22,333 nt of DNA from Candidatus Rokuibacteriota bacterium (GTDB taxonomy: Bacteria; Methylomirabilota; Methylomirabilia; Rokubacteriales; CSP1-6), in contig JACPCX010000137.1 in the NCBI GenBank assembly GCA_016184305.1, positions 1 through 22,333 on the forward strand. Reading direction: 5' to 3'. Positions within the stretch are counted from its first letter, which is position 1; each line of letters opens with the position of its first letter. A program made the position numbers and the translations under genes. The notes beneath the pieces were generated by a model that had not been told where the DNA came from, ran no database searches, and saw only the letters and a list, made by a program, of their open reading frames with translations. Shown here in pieces: positions 10,035 through 18,726 of the stretch.

Positions 10035-11239
10035 TGAAGGGGCAACGGTGTCATGGGTGGGTGCTCATGCTGGCCGCGGTGCTTGCGCTCGGCACGGCCG
10101 CGCCGGCGGCGGCCGCCGAGAAGACCCTCGAGATCGGGGTGCTCGGGCCGCTCTCCGGCGGAGCCGCGTCCTACGGCGTGGAGCTGCTCCGGGGCGCCGA
10201 GATGCGCTCCGACGAGATCAACAAGGCCGGCGGGCTCAAGGTCGGGGGCGACGTCTACAAGATCAAGCTCATCGCCTACGACCACAAGGCCAGCGCGGCC
10301 GATGCCGCGACGGCCGCCAACAAGCTCGTCTTTCAGGACAAGGTGAAGTACATCATCGGCAACGCGGTGGGCGCGACCTGCAACGCCGTGCAGACGGTGA
10401 CGGAGCCGCAGAAGGTGATGTTCGCCTTCGTCTGCTGGGGAACCAATAATCTGGGGCCCGACAAGCCGCACTCCTTCCGCTCGATGCTGAGCCAGTGGGA
10501 GGCGGCCGAGCCCTTCTACCGCTGGATCAAGGAGAAACGCCCGACCATCAAGAAGGTGGCGGTGATCTCGCCCAACGACACGAGCGGGCTCGACACCAAT
10601 ACGGCCGTGGTCAAGGCGGTCAAGGGCCTCGCCCTCGATCTGGCCGCGGAGGAGACCTACGAGCGCGGGACCAAGGACTTCTACCCGATCCTGACGAAGA
10701 TCCTGGCCAAGAAGCCGGACCTGCTCGACGTGGCGGCGGCACCGCCCGCCGAGGCCGGCCTGATCCTCAAGCAGGCGCACGAGCTCGGGTTCAGGGGCGC
10801 CAAGGGGTGGACCGCCGGCGTCAATCCAGTCACCCTGGTGGGCATCGCCGGCGTGGAGGCGGCGGAAGGCGTCTGGAGCCCGGTCAATATCAACGTCAGG
10901 AGCGACTTCGTGGACCCGAAGGTCCGGAAGTTCGGCGACGAGTACGAGAAGCGCTACAAGGAAGTGCCCGGGGTGATCGCGGTGGCCAACTACGGCGCCT
11001 TCGATGTCTTCACCAAGGCGATGCAGGAGGCCGGCTCGGTCGAGACCGACAAGGTGCTGGCCGCGTTGACCTCGCGGCCGTACGACACGGTCTGGGGTCG
11101 CCTCGTGATCGGCGGGAAGGAGACGTACCGGATCGACCGGCAGTTCCTCTACCCGATGGTGATCAGCGAGATCCGCGGGGGGAAGATCGTGGACATCGAG
11201 CAGGTGCTGCCTGCCGCTCTCAAGGCGCTGACGAAGTAG
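10031..11239 (+). CDS. ABC transporter substrate-binding protein, LIV/type 1 periplasmic binding family
   Basis: AGGAGG RBS at 10021-10026; signal peptide ending APAAAA-EK; IGVLGPLSGGAASYG, INKAGGLKVGG and TKDFYPILTKI motifs. Confidence 0.92.
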   Translation: MMKGQRCHGWVLMLAAVLALGTAAPAAAAEKTLEIGVLGPLSGGAASYGVELLRGAEMRSDEINKAGGLKVGGDVYKIKLIAYDHKASAADAATAANKLVFQDKVKYIIGNAVGATCNAVQTVTEPQKVMFAFVCWGTNNLGPDKPHSFRSMLSQWEAAEPFYRWIKEKRPTIKKVAVISPNDTSGLDTNTAVVKAVKGLALDLAAEETYERGTKDFYPILTKILAKKPDLLDVAAAPPAEAGLILKQAHELGFRGAKGWTAGVNPVTLVGIAGVEAAEGVWSPVNINVRSDFVDPKVRKFGDEYEKRYKEVPGVIAVANYGAFDVFTKAMQEAGSVETDKVLAALTSRPYDTVWGRLVIGGKETYRIDRQFLYPMVISEIRGGKIVDIEQVLPAALKALTK

Positions 11240-11246
11240 GCGCTTT

Positions 11247-11278
11247 GCGGGGGGTGGGAGCCGGCTCCCACCCCCCGC
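11247..11278. repeat. Perfect 32-bp palindrome between the SBP and permease genes
   Basis: GCGGGGGGTGGGAGCC|GGCTCCCACCCCCCGC; the second half is the exact reverse complement of the first. Confidence 0.92.
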
Positions 11279-11288
11279 CGCCCCTGGC

Positions 11289-12149
11289 ATGCCGATCGAG
11301 CTCCTGGTCCAGGCGCTGCTGAACGGGTTCGCGCTGGCGCTCGTGTACGTGCTGGTGGCGCTGGGCCTCACCCTGATCTTCTCGATCCTCGGGATCATCA
11401 ATTTCGCCCACGGCGAGTTTTACATGCTCGGCGGCTACGCCACCTACTTCGGCGTCGCGGTCTTCGGGCTTCACTACGTCCCGACGCTTCTCCTGGCGAT
11501 CGGCGCCGTCGGGCTGGCGGGGGTCGTCGCCGAGCGGTTGATCTTCCGGCACCTGCGCGGGAAAACCCTCAATGCCTTCATCGTTTCCCTGGGGCTGCTC
11601 TGGGTCCTGCAGTCCGGAGCCCAGCTCACCTTCGGCGTCCTGGACAAGCCGGTGCCGTCAGCCTTCTCCGGGATCATTCGCGCCGGCCGGGTCATCATCT
11701 CCGTCGAGCGGTTCGTCGTGGTGCTCGCCGCGGTGGGGCTCATCGCCGTCCTGTACGCGTTCCTCCAGTGGACCCGCGTGGGCCGGGCCATGCGGGCGGT
11801 GGCCCAGGACCCCGACGGCGCGGCGCTCCAGGGCGTCAACATCGAGTTCACCTCCATGCTCGGCTTCGCCGTCGGCTGCGCCCTGGCCGGAGCCGCCGGC
11901 GGCCTGCTGGCGCCGGTTTTCGCGGTGAGCCCGCCCATGGGGGCGCTCCCGGTGGTCAAGGCGTTCATCATCATCATCGTCGGCGGGATGGGCAGCCTCC
12001 CGGGCGCGGTGCTGGGCGGCCTCCTGCTGGGAACGGTGGAGGGGATCGGCTCGCTCTTCTTCAGCAGCGCCGCGGTCAACGTCCTCGGCTTCCTCATGGT
12101 GATCGCGGTGCTGCTGGTGAGGCCGCGGGGGCTCTTCGGTGCCGCCTAG
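11289..12149 (+). CDS. livH: LIV-type ABC transporter permease, LivH-like
   Basis: GLTLIFSILGIINFAHGEF, GRAMRAVAQD and IIVGGMGSLPGA motifs. Confidence 0.94.
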   Translation: MPIELLVQALLNGFALALVYVLVALGLTLIFSILGIINFAHGEFYMLGGYATYFGVAVFGLHYVPTLLLAIGAVGLAGVVAERLIFRHLRGKTLNAFIVSLGLLWVLQSGAQLTFGVLDKPVPSAFSGIIRAGRVIISVERFVVVLAAVGLIAVLYAFLQWTRVGRAMRAVAQDPDGAALQGVNIEFTSMLGFAVGCALAGAAGGLLAPVFAVSPPMGALPVVKAFIIIIVGGMGSLPGAVLGGLLLGTVEGIGSLFFSSAAVNVLGFLMVIAVLLVRPRGLFGAA

Positions 12150-13152
12150 CCCCGCCCTCCGGCGCGCGCTGATCGGCTACGGGCTCCTCGCGGCCGGGAG
12201 CCTGGGCCTCCCGCTCGTGACCCGGGACTCGTACCACGTGGACGTGGCCACCACGATCCTCATGAATCTCGTCCTCACGATGAGCCTCCGCCTCGAGATC
12301 AGCACGGGGCAGCTCAACATGGCTCACATCTCGTTCATGGGAATCGGCGCCTACGCCTCGACCATCCTGATGATGCGGGGCGGCTACTCATTCTGGATCA
12401 CGCTCTGGGTGGCGGGGGTGATGGCCGCCATCTGGGCAGTCCCCATCGGGGGCCTGGCGCTCCGCGTGAGCGGCCCGTACTACTTCCTGATCACGTTCGC
12501 CTTCTCCGAGGTGGTTCGCCTCATCTTCAACAACTTCTTCGCCGAGTGGTTCGGAGGACCCTCGGGGCTCGTCCAGATCCCGAAGCCCGATCCCCTCCAC
12601 CTGCCCGGCGTCCAGCTGACCTTCGTGGGGAAAGTGGAGCTCTACTATCTGATGTGCGCCCTGCTCCTCCTGGCGGCCGCGGTCCTGGTGCGCCTGGACT
12701 ACTCGCGCTTCGGCCTCGCGGGCAACGCCATCCGCCAGGGCGACGTCCTGGCGGAGACGCTGGGGGTCTGGGTGTTCCGCTACAAGCTCACGGCGTTCGT
12801 CCTCGGGAGCTTCATGGCGGGAATCGCCGGGGCCTTCTTCGCCCACTCCCACCAGGTCCTCCACTCGAGCGACTTCGGCCTCGAGCCGATGGTGCTCCTG
12901 GTCGTCTTCACGGTCATCGGAGGAACGGGGAGCGTCTGGGGGCCGGTGGTGGGCACCGTGGTGCTGACGATCGCCTCCGAGTTCATGCGTGAATTCCACT
13001 ACTACGAGATCCTCGTCTACGGCTCGGTGCTGATCCTGACCATGTTGCTCTTGCCGGAGGGGCTCATCTCGCTGCCGGGAAAGCTGGGTTCTCTTGTCCG
13101 GCGCGGCCGCGGAGGCGAGGCGGAGGCCATGGAGGCCGGCGTTGCTCCTTGA
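12139..13152 (+). CDS. livM: LIV-type ABC transporter permease, LivM-like
   Basis: TGQLNMAHISFMGIGAY, LRVSGPYYFLIT, IGGTGSVWGP and LPEGL motifs. Confidence 0.92.
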   Translation: MPPSPALRRALIGYGLLAAGSLGLPLVTRDSYHVDVATTILMNLVLTMSLRLEISTGQLNMAHISFMGIGAYASTILMMRGGYSFWITLWVAGVMAAIWAVPIGGLALRVSGPYYFLITFAFSEVVRLIFNNFFAEWFGGPSGLVQIPKPDPLHLPGVQLTFVGKVELYYLMCALLLLAAAVLVRLDYSRFGLAGNAIRQGDVLAETLGVWVFRYKLTAFVLGSFMAGIAGAFFAHSHQVLHSSDFGLEPMVLLVVFTVIGGTGSVWGPVVGTVVLTIASEFMREFHYYEILVYGSVLILTMLLLPEGLISLPGKLGSLVRRGRGGEAEAMEAGVAP

Positions 13153-13915
13153 CATCAGGCACGTCACGCGGGGGTTCGGAGGGCTCGTGGCCGTCTCCGA
13201 CCTCTCCATGGTGGTGACGCCGGGCGCGATCCACGGCCTGATCGGCCCCAACGGCGCCGGCAAGAGCACGGTCTTCAACCTGATCTCGGGCGTCCTCTCA
13301 CTCTCCGCCGGCGAGATCTTCTTCAAGGGGGAGCGGATCTCGGGGCTGAGGCCGTCCGAGATCTGCCGGCGGGGGGTGGCGCGCACGTTCCAGGCGACCA
13401 CGCTCTTTCGGGAATTCACGGTGCTCCAGAATCTCCTCGTCGCGGCCCACCTGCGGGCGGCGGACGGGCTCGCGCCGGCGCTGTTTGCCTCACCCGCGTA
13501 CCGGCGGAAGGAGCGCGAGGCGCTGGCCAGCGCGCGGGAGAACCTGACCTCCCTCGGCCTCGGCGGGACCGCCCAGGCGGGGCGCTCGGTGGAGAAGCTG
13601 CCGCACCGGGACCAGAAGGCCCTCAGCATCGCCATGGCGCTCGCCACGGGCGCGGAGCTGGTGCTTCTGGACGAGCCCCTGGCCGGCCTCACCGCCCGGG
13701 AGCGGGAGGAGACGCTGGGCGCGCTGCGGCGTCTCCGGGATCGGGGGCTCACGATCCTCCTGGTGGAGCACGACATGAAGGCGGTGATGGGGCTCTGCGA
13801 CGTCGTCACGGTTCTCGACCACGGTGTCCGGATCGCGGAGGGCACGCCCCGGGAGATCCAGGAGAATCCGGCCGTGATCGAGGCGTATCTGGGGGCGGAG
13901 GACGCGCGTGCTTGA
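13142..13915 (+). CDS. livG: LIV-type ABC transporter ATP-binding protein, LivG-like
   Basis: GPNGAGKST, ARTFQ, LLDEPLAG, VEHDM and VIEAYLG. TTG 13142 is preceded by GGAGG at 13131-13135. Confidence 0.92.
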   Translation: MLLDIRHVTRGFGGLVAVSDLSMVVTPGAIHGLIGPNGAGKSTVFNLISGVLSLSAGEIFFKGERISGLRPSEICRRGVARTFQATTLFREFTVLQNLLVAAHLRAADGLAPALFASPAYRRKEREALASARENLTSLGLGGTAQAGRSVEKLPHRDQKALSIAMALATGAELVLLDEPLAGLTAREREETLGALRRLRDRGLTILLVEHDMKAVMGLCDVVTVLDHGVRIAEGTPREIQENPAVIEAYLGAEDARA

Positions 13916-14615
13916 GGTGACGGACCTGCGCGTCCGGTACGGCAACGTCGTGGCCGTGGCCGGCGTGTCGCTCTCGGTGGCCGACGGCGAGATCGTGGCG
14001 GTTATCGGTCCCAACGGAGCCGGGAAGACCTCCACGCTCCGCGCCATCTCGGGGCTGGTGCGCCCCTCGGCCGGTCGGATCAGCTTCAACGGCACCGACA
14101 TCGCCGGCTGGAAGGCCCACCGGATCGTGGCGCTGGGACTGAGCCATGCCCCCGAGGGGCGGCGGCTCTTCCCGCAGATGACCGTGCTCGAGAACCTCAA
14201 GATGGGCGCCTATCTCCGGGGGAACGGCGCTGCTCTGGAGCGCACGCTCCAGGAGGTCGTGGCCCGCTTCCCGCGACTCGCGGAGCGCCGCCGCCAGCGG
14301 GCGGGGACGCTCTCGGGGGGCGAACAGCAGATGCTGGCGATCGGCCGCGCCCTCATGGCGGAGCCCCGGATGCTGATCCTGGACGAGCCGTCCTTCGGCC
14401 TGGCGCCGATGGTGGTGACGGAGATCGGGCGAGTCATCCAGGCGATCAACCGCGCGCGGAAGGTGGCGGTCCTCCTGGTGGAGCAGAACGCGCGGATGGC
14501 GCTCTCGATCTCCGCCCGCACCTACGTGATGGAAACCGGCACGATCGTGCTCGAGGGCCTCTCTGCGAGCCTCCGCGAGAGCCCGCACGTCAAGGCGGCG
14601 TACCTCGGAGGATGA
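13908..14615 (+). CDS. livF: LIV-type ABC transporter ATP-binding protein, LivF-like
   Basis: GPNGAGKTS, PEGRRLF, LSGGEQQMLAIGR, LDEPSFGL and VEQN motifs. Confidence 0.95.
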   Translation: MLEVTDLRVRYGNVVAVAGVSLSVADGEIVAVIGPNGAGKTSTLRAISGLVRPSAGRISFNGTDIAGWKAHRIVALGLSHAPEGRRLFPQMTVLENLKMGAYLRGNGAALERTLQEVVARFPRLAERRRQRAGTLSGGEQQMLAIGRALMAEPRMLILDEPSFGLAPMVVTEIGRVIQAINRARKVAVLLVEQNARMALSISARTYVMETGTIVLEGLSASLRESPHVKAAYLGG

Positions 14616-15568
14616 TGGCCATGGCCCCTCTCCGGTTCGGGCTCGTGCTGGGCGCCTTCTCGGACGAAATTCCCGGCCAGAAGGAGCTCGGCGACTTCGC
14701 GCGGAGGGCGGAAGCCGTCGGGTTCGACTCCGTCCAGGTCGGGGACCACGTCCAGTGGCGCGCCCCGATCCTGGAGTCGACCACGGTGATGGCCACCTTC
14801 GCCGCCGTGACCGACCGCATCAAGATCGCCAGCGACATCATCATCTTGCCGCTGCGGGATCCGGTGCTCATGGCGAAGACGATGGCCAGCCTGGACGTGG
14901 TATCGGGCGGGCGCATGATCTTCGGGATCGGCGTCGGGGGGGACTACCCCCTGGAATTCGCGGCAATGCGGATCCCGGTGGGGGAGCGCGGTGCCCGGGC
15001 CAACGAGAGCCTGGACATCATCAAGGGTCTCTGGGCGAACGAGCGCTTCAGCTACGAGGGCAGGCACTTCAGCATCCGCGACGTGGAGATCTCACCCCGG
15101 CCGATCCAGCCCTCCATCCCCATCTGGGTTGGCGGGTCGTCGGACGCGGCGCTGCGCCGGGCCGCCCGGTATGGCGACGGCTGGATTCCCGCCTTCTCCA
15201 GCGCCAGCAAGTTCGCGCGCCTGTCATCGGACCTCCGCCGTCTCCTGCAGGAGGGGGGGAGGACGGCGGAGGCGTTCACCTTCGGGGTGTACCTGTTCGC
15301 CAACGTGGACCCGGACCCCGGGCGGGCGCTCGAGGCCGCCGCGGAATACATCGAGCGTGTGTACCAGCTCGACGGGGTGCGGACCATGGAGCGCTCCGGG
15401 GTGACGGGACCGCCGGAGGGTTGCGCGGGGCGGATCATCCCCTACGTGGAGGCGGGAGCGGATCACGTCGTCCTGGCGCCGATGTCCAGCTCCCGCGATT
15501 GGCCGCGCCAGATCGAGGGCTACGCGGAGGTCATCGAGCATGTCCGGCGGCGGGCAGGAGGCCGGTGA
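14612..15568 (+). CDS. LLM-class flavin- or F420-dependent oxidoreductase
   Basis: AEAVGFDSVQVGDHV, LPLRDPVLMAK, SGGRMIFGIGVG and PIWVGGSSDAALRRAARYGDGW. Start is one of ATG 14612, 14615 or 14621. Confidence 0.92.
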   Translation: MMAMAPLRFGLVLGAFSDEIPGQKELGDFARRAEAVGFDSVQVGDHVQWRAPILESTTVMATFAAVTDRIKIASDIIILPLRDPVLMAKTMASLDVVSGGRMIFGIGVGGDYPLEFAAMRIPVGERGARANESLDIIKGLWANERFSYEGRHFSIRDVEISPRPIQPSIPIWVGGSSDAALRRAARYGDGWIPAFSSASKFARLSSDLRRLLQEGGRTAEAFTFGVYLFANVDPDPGRALEAAAEYIERVYQLDGVRTMERSGVTGPPEGCAGRIIPYVEAGADHVVLAPMSSSRDWPRQIEGYAEVIEHVRRRAGGR

Positions 15569-16398
15569 TGGGCGACGAGACGATCCTGGTCGAGAGCGCG
15601 GGGGCCATCCGCCGGATCCGCATGAACCGGCCGGAAAAGCTGAATGCGCAGAATCCCGCGCTGATCAACGCGATGGACGCGGCGTTCGCGGCGGCGGCGG
15701 CCGATCCCGGCGTCCGTGTCATCATCCTCTCCGGGGAGGGGCGCGCCTTTTCCGCCGGCCACGATCTGGAGTACCCGGGCTTCGACCGGCGCGGCTACAC
15801 CTACCAGACGCGGCTCGACATGGAGCGGGAGACCTTCATCGAGAAGATGCTCAGGATCCGGAATCTCCCGAAGCCCACCATCGCGCAGGTCCACGGGCAT
15901 TGCGTGGCGGCCGGACTGATGCTGGCGTGCATGTGCGACCTGATCGTCTGCGACGAGACCGCGCGGTTCTCGAACCCCGTGCTCCAGATGGCGCTGGCCG
16001 GCGTCCAGCTCCTGGTGGAGCCGTGGGAGATCGGAGCCCGGAAGGCCAAGGAGCTCCTCTGGACGGCGGAGGCGCTGACGGCCGAGGACGCCCAGCGGCT
16101 GGGGCTCGTCAACCGCGTGGTCCCGAGCGACAGGCTGGAGGAGGAGGTGACGGCGCTCGCCCTCCGGATCGCCGCGCTGCCGGCCTTCGCCGTCCGCGCC
16201 GTGAAGAAGACCATCAACGATACGCAGGACTTCATGGGGCAGGGGCGGGCGTGGGAGCACCACTTCCTCCTCCACGTGGCCGCCAAGCGGAGCGAAGAGT
16301 ATGGCCAGTGGTGGGACGCGGTCGAGCGGGAGGGTGGGGGATTCAAGCCCGGAGGGCTCGCGGCGACGCTGCGGAAGCGCCGGGCGGACTCGGCGTGA
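15568..16398 (+). CDS. Crotonase (enoyl-CoA hydratase/isomerase) superfamily protein
   Basis: NRPEKLNA, GRAFSAGHDL, KPTIAQVHG and GLVNRVVP; TGATG overlap with the upstream gene. Confidence 0.92.
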   Translation: MGDETILVESAGAIRRIRMNRPEKLNAQNPALINAMDAAFAAAAADPGVRVIILSGEGRAFSAGHDLEYPGFDRRGYTYQTRLDMERETFIEKMLRIRNLPKPTIAQVHGHCVAAGLMLACMCDLIVCDETARFSNPVLQMALAGVQLLVEPWEIGARKAKELLWTAEALTAEDAQRLGLVNRVVPSDRLEEEVTALALRIAALPAFAVRAVKKTINDTQDFMGQGRAWEHHFLLHVAAKRSEEYGQWWDAVEREGGGFKPGGLAATLRKRRADSA

Positions 16399-16925
16399 GG
16401 CCGGACGGTGTCTTCCCCTACGGCCGTCACCGGCCCCGGATCCACTCCACCGCGTTCGTCACGCCGGGGACCTACATCATCGGCCGCGTGACGATCAAGC
16501 GGGACGCCAGCGTCTGGTTCGGGGCCGTCCTGCGCGGCGACGCCCAGCCCATCGTCATCGGCGAGGGCAGCCTCGTCGAGGACAACGTGGTGGTGCACGG
16601 GCGGGTCGTCGTCGGCCGGCGGTGCGTCATCGGCCACGGGGTGATCCTGCACGGGTGCTCCGTGGCGGCGGGAGCGGTGATCGGGGCCAATGCCGTGGTC
16701 TTCGACGGCGCCCGGATCGGGGCCGGCGCCCTGGTCGCCGCTGGGTCGGTGGTGTACCCGAAGACGCGGGTGCCGCCGCGCACGGTGTTCAGGAACTCGG
16801 CCGCCGGGAACCACCCCGTGCTGGAGGCGATCGGCAACCGGCTCAGACGATGGGACGGGGCGGCGTACCGGCGGCTCATCCGGACCTACCGGAAGACGGA
16901 GGCGGCGGGGAGGCGACAGCGATGA
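16395..16925 (+). CDS. Gamma-carbonic-anhydrase-like left-handed beta-helix protein (YrdA/CaiE/PaaY family)
   Basis: IIGRVTI, SVWFGAVLRGD and hexapeptide repeats; three His codons at 16596, 16635 and 16650; GTGA and ATGA overlaps with both neighbours. Confidence 0.88.
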   Translation: MRPDGVFPYGRHRPRIHSTAFVTPGTYIIGRVTIKRDASVWFGAVLRGDAQPIVIGEGSLVEDNVVVHGRVVVGRRCVIGHGVILHGCSVAAGAVIGANAVVFDGARIGAGALVAAGSVVYPKTRVPPRTVFRNSAAGNHPVLEAIGNRLRRWDGAAYRRLIRTYRKTEAAGRRQR

Positions 16926-18550
16926 GCTTTCAGACGCGTCTGAGCAAGGAGCTGATCGAGCGGTACACGCGCGCCGGCCACTGGGGGAGCGAGACCTTCT
17001 CCCAGATCCTGGCGCGGCAGGCGGCGGCCCACCCGGAGCGCGAGGTGCTGGTGGACGGGCGCCACCGCGTCACGTACGGCGAGCTCAAGGCCCGCGTCGA
17101 CCGGGTCGCCGCCAAGCTGGGGGCGCTGGGCATCGGCCGGGGCGACGTGGTGACGATCCAGCTCCCCAACTGCGTCGAGTTCGCCTATGTCTTCTTCGCC
17201 CTCGAGCGCCTGGGGGCGGTCGCCAACCAGATCGGCCCGGATTTCCGGAGCCGCGAAGTGGAGTACATCAACCGTTTCTCCGAAAGCCGCGCCTTCGTCT
17301 GCCCGGCCGCCTTCAAGGGCTTCGACTACATCGGGATGATCGAGGAGCTCAGGCCGAAGCTGCCGGCTCTCAAGACGGTCTGCGTCCTCGGCGGCCGGGG
17401 GGACGGCACCGTCTCCCTGGACGACATCGTGTACGGCGACGATCCGGTCTCGCTGCGGGCCGAGCCCCTGGGGGCCGACGACGTGATGCGGATGGCGTTC
17501 ACCTCCGGCACCACCGGAAACCCCAAGGGCGTGATCCACAGCCACAACACGACCCTGTCCGCCTGCCGGAACCTGAACCGCGACATGGACGTGAGCGAGC
17601 GGGACGTCTTCCTGATCTACCTGCCGCTCGGGCTCAACTGGGGGTATCTCACGCTCGTCCAGGCGGTGCTGGCGGGCGCCCGCGCCGTCCTCCTGGACCA
17701 GTTCAGCGGCCGCGCGGCGCTGGAGCTGATCGACAGGGAGCGGGTGACCTTCATCCCCACCGCCCCGGCGTCCATCATCGCGATGCTGAACGAGCCCGAT
17801 TTCGGGCGCTTCACCCTGTCGTCGCTCCGGGTGGTCATCACCGGGGGCGCCTCCTGTGCCGTCGAGACCATCCGGGAGTTCCGCGCGCGGATGCGCGGGC
17901 ACCTGATCGAACTCTACGGCATGCTGGAGACCGGCTTCCACACCTACACGCGCTTCTCGGACGATCCCGAGGCGGTGACGGGGACGGTGGGGAAGCCCTC
18001 CTCGGGCCTGGGGCTCCGGCTCATCGACGAGCACGGGCGGGACGTGCCGCCGGGAGCGGCAGGGGAGATCGCGGCCGACGGCCCGTCGGTACACCTGGGC
18101 TACCACAAGAACCCCACGGCGAACGCCGAGCTCTTCACAGCGGATGGCTGGTTCCGCACGGGCGACCTGGGCCAGTTCGACCAGGCCGGCAACCTCAAGA
18201 TCGTCGGCAGGCTCAAGGAGATGATCAACCGCGGCGGGAAGAAGTTCTTCCCGCGCGAGATCGAGGAGATCCTCTACACGCATCCCAAGATCCTGCACGC
18301 GGCCATCGTCGGCGTCCCCGATCCGCGCCTGGGGGAGCGGAACTGCCTCTGCGTCATCCCCCGGCCCGGTGAGCGCATCTCGCTGGAGGAGATCGTGGCG
18401 TTCCTGAAGGACGGGGTCGCCACGTACAAGCTCCCGGAGATGGTCGAGGTCTTCGAGGAGCTGCCGTTCACACCGACCGGGAAGATCCAGCGTCATGTGC
18501 TCGCCAGCCAGGTCCTCGAGCGACGGCGGCAAGTCGACGCCGGCGGTTGA
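16922..18550 (+). CDS. AMP-forming acyl/aryl-CoA synthetase (ANL superfamily; cyclohexanecarboxylate-CoA-ligase-like N-terminus)
   Basis: FTSGTTGNPKG, YGMLE, GWFRTGD, GRLKEMINRGG and TPTGKIQR motifs. Confidence 0.93.
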   Translation: MSFQTRLSKELIERYTRAGHWGSETFSQILARQAAAHPEREVLVDGRHRVTYGELKARVDRVAAKLGALGIGRGDVVTIQLPNCVEFAYVFFALERLGAVANQIGPDFRSREVEYINRFSESRAFVCPAAFKGFDYIGMIEELRPKLPALKTVCVLGGRGDGTVSLDDIVYGDDPVSLRAEPLGADDVMRMAFTSGTTGNPKGVIHSHNTTLSACRNLNRDMDVSERDVFLIYLPLGLNWGYLTLVQAVLAGARAVLLDQFSGRAALELIDRERVTFIPTAPASIIAMLNEPDFGRFTLSSLRVVITGGASCAVETIREFRARMRGHLIELYGMLETGFHTYTRFSDDPEAVTGTVGKPSSGLGLRLIDEHGRDVPPGAAGEIAADGPSVHLGYHKNPTANAELFTADGWFRTGDLGQFDQAGNLKIVGRLKEMINRGGKKFFPREIEEILYTHPKILHAAIVGVPDPRLGERNCLCVIPRPGERISLEEIVAFLKDGVATYKLPEMVEVFEELPFTPTGKIQRHVLASQVLERRRQVDAGG

Positions 18551-18666
18551 CGGATCCAGGCGGCCTCCGGGCAAGTCCATCTGAGCCTGGAGGGAAGGGG
18601 CGACCGCTTCTCGATGGCCTCGGGCCCTGCGCCGGGCGGGGTCGTGGCGACCCGGCCTCGGCGCCC

Positions 18667-18717
18667 TCCAGCGCCGCCCCGTGCCGGCAGCGCGCTGCCG
18701 GGGCGGGGTGGGGTGGA
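18667..18717. repeat. Long GC-rich inverted repeat with a perfect 18-bp core; possible terminator of operon B
   Basis: Core CCGGCAGCG|CGCTGCCGG (18684-18701), extended by CCGCCCCG/CGGGGTGG arms. Confidence 0.7.
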
Positions 18718-18726
18718 AGAATTCGG

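Noticed and set aside
6756..11265. Shared 11-mer TGGGAGCCGGC in two intergenic regions (6756-6766 and 11255-11265)
   Set aside because: Too short and GC-rich, with only two copies in different contexts; not enough to call a repeat family.
16922..18550. NRPS or siderophore adenylation domain indicating a biosynthetic cluster
   Set aside because: No carrier protein, condensation domain or PPTase is present; the import-type transporters point to catabolism.
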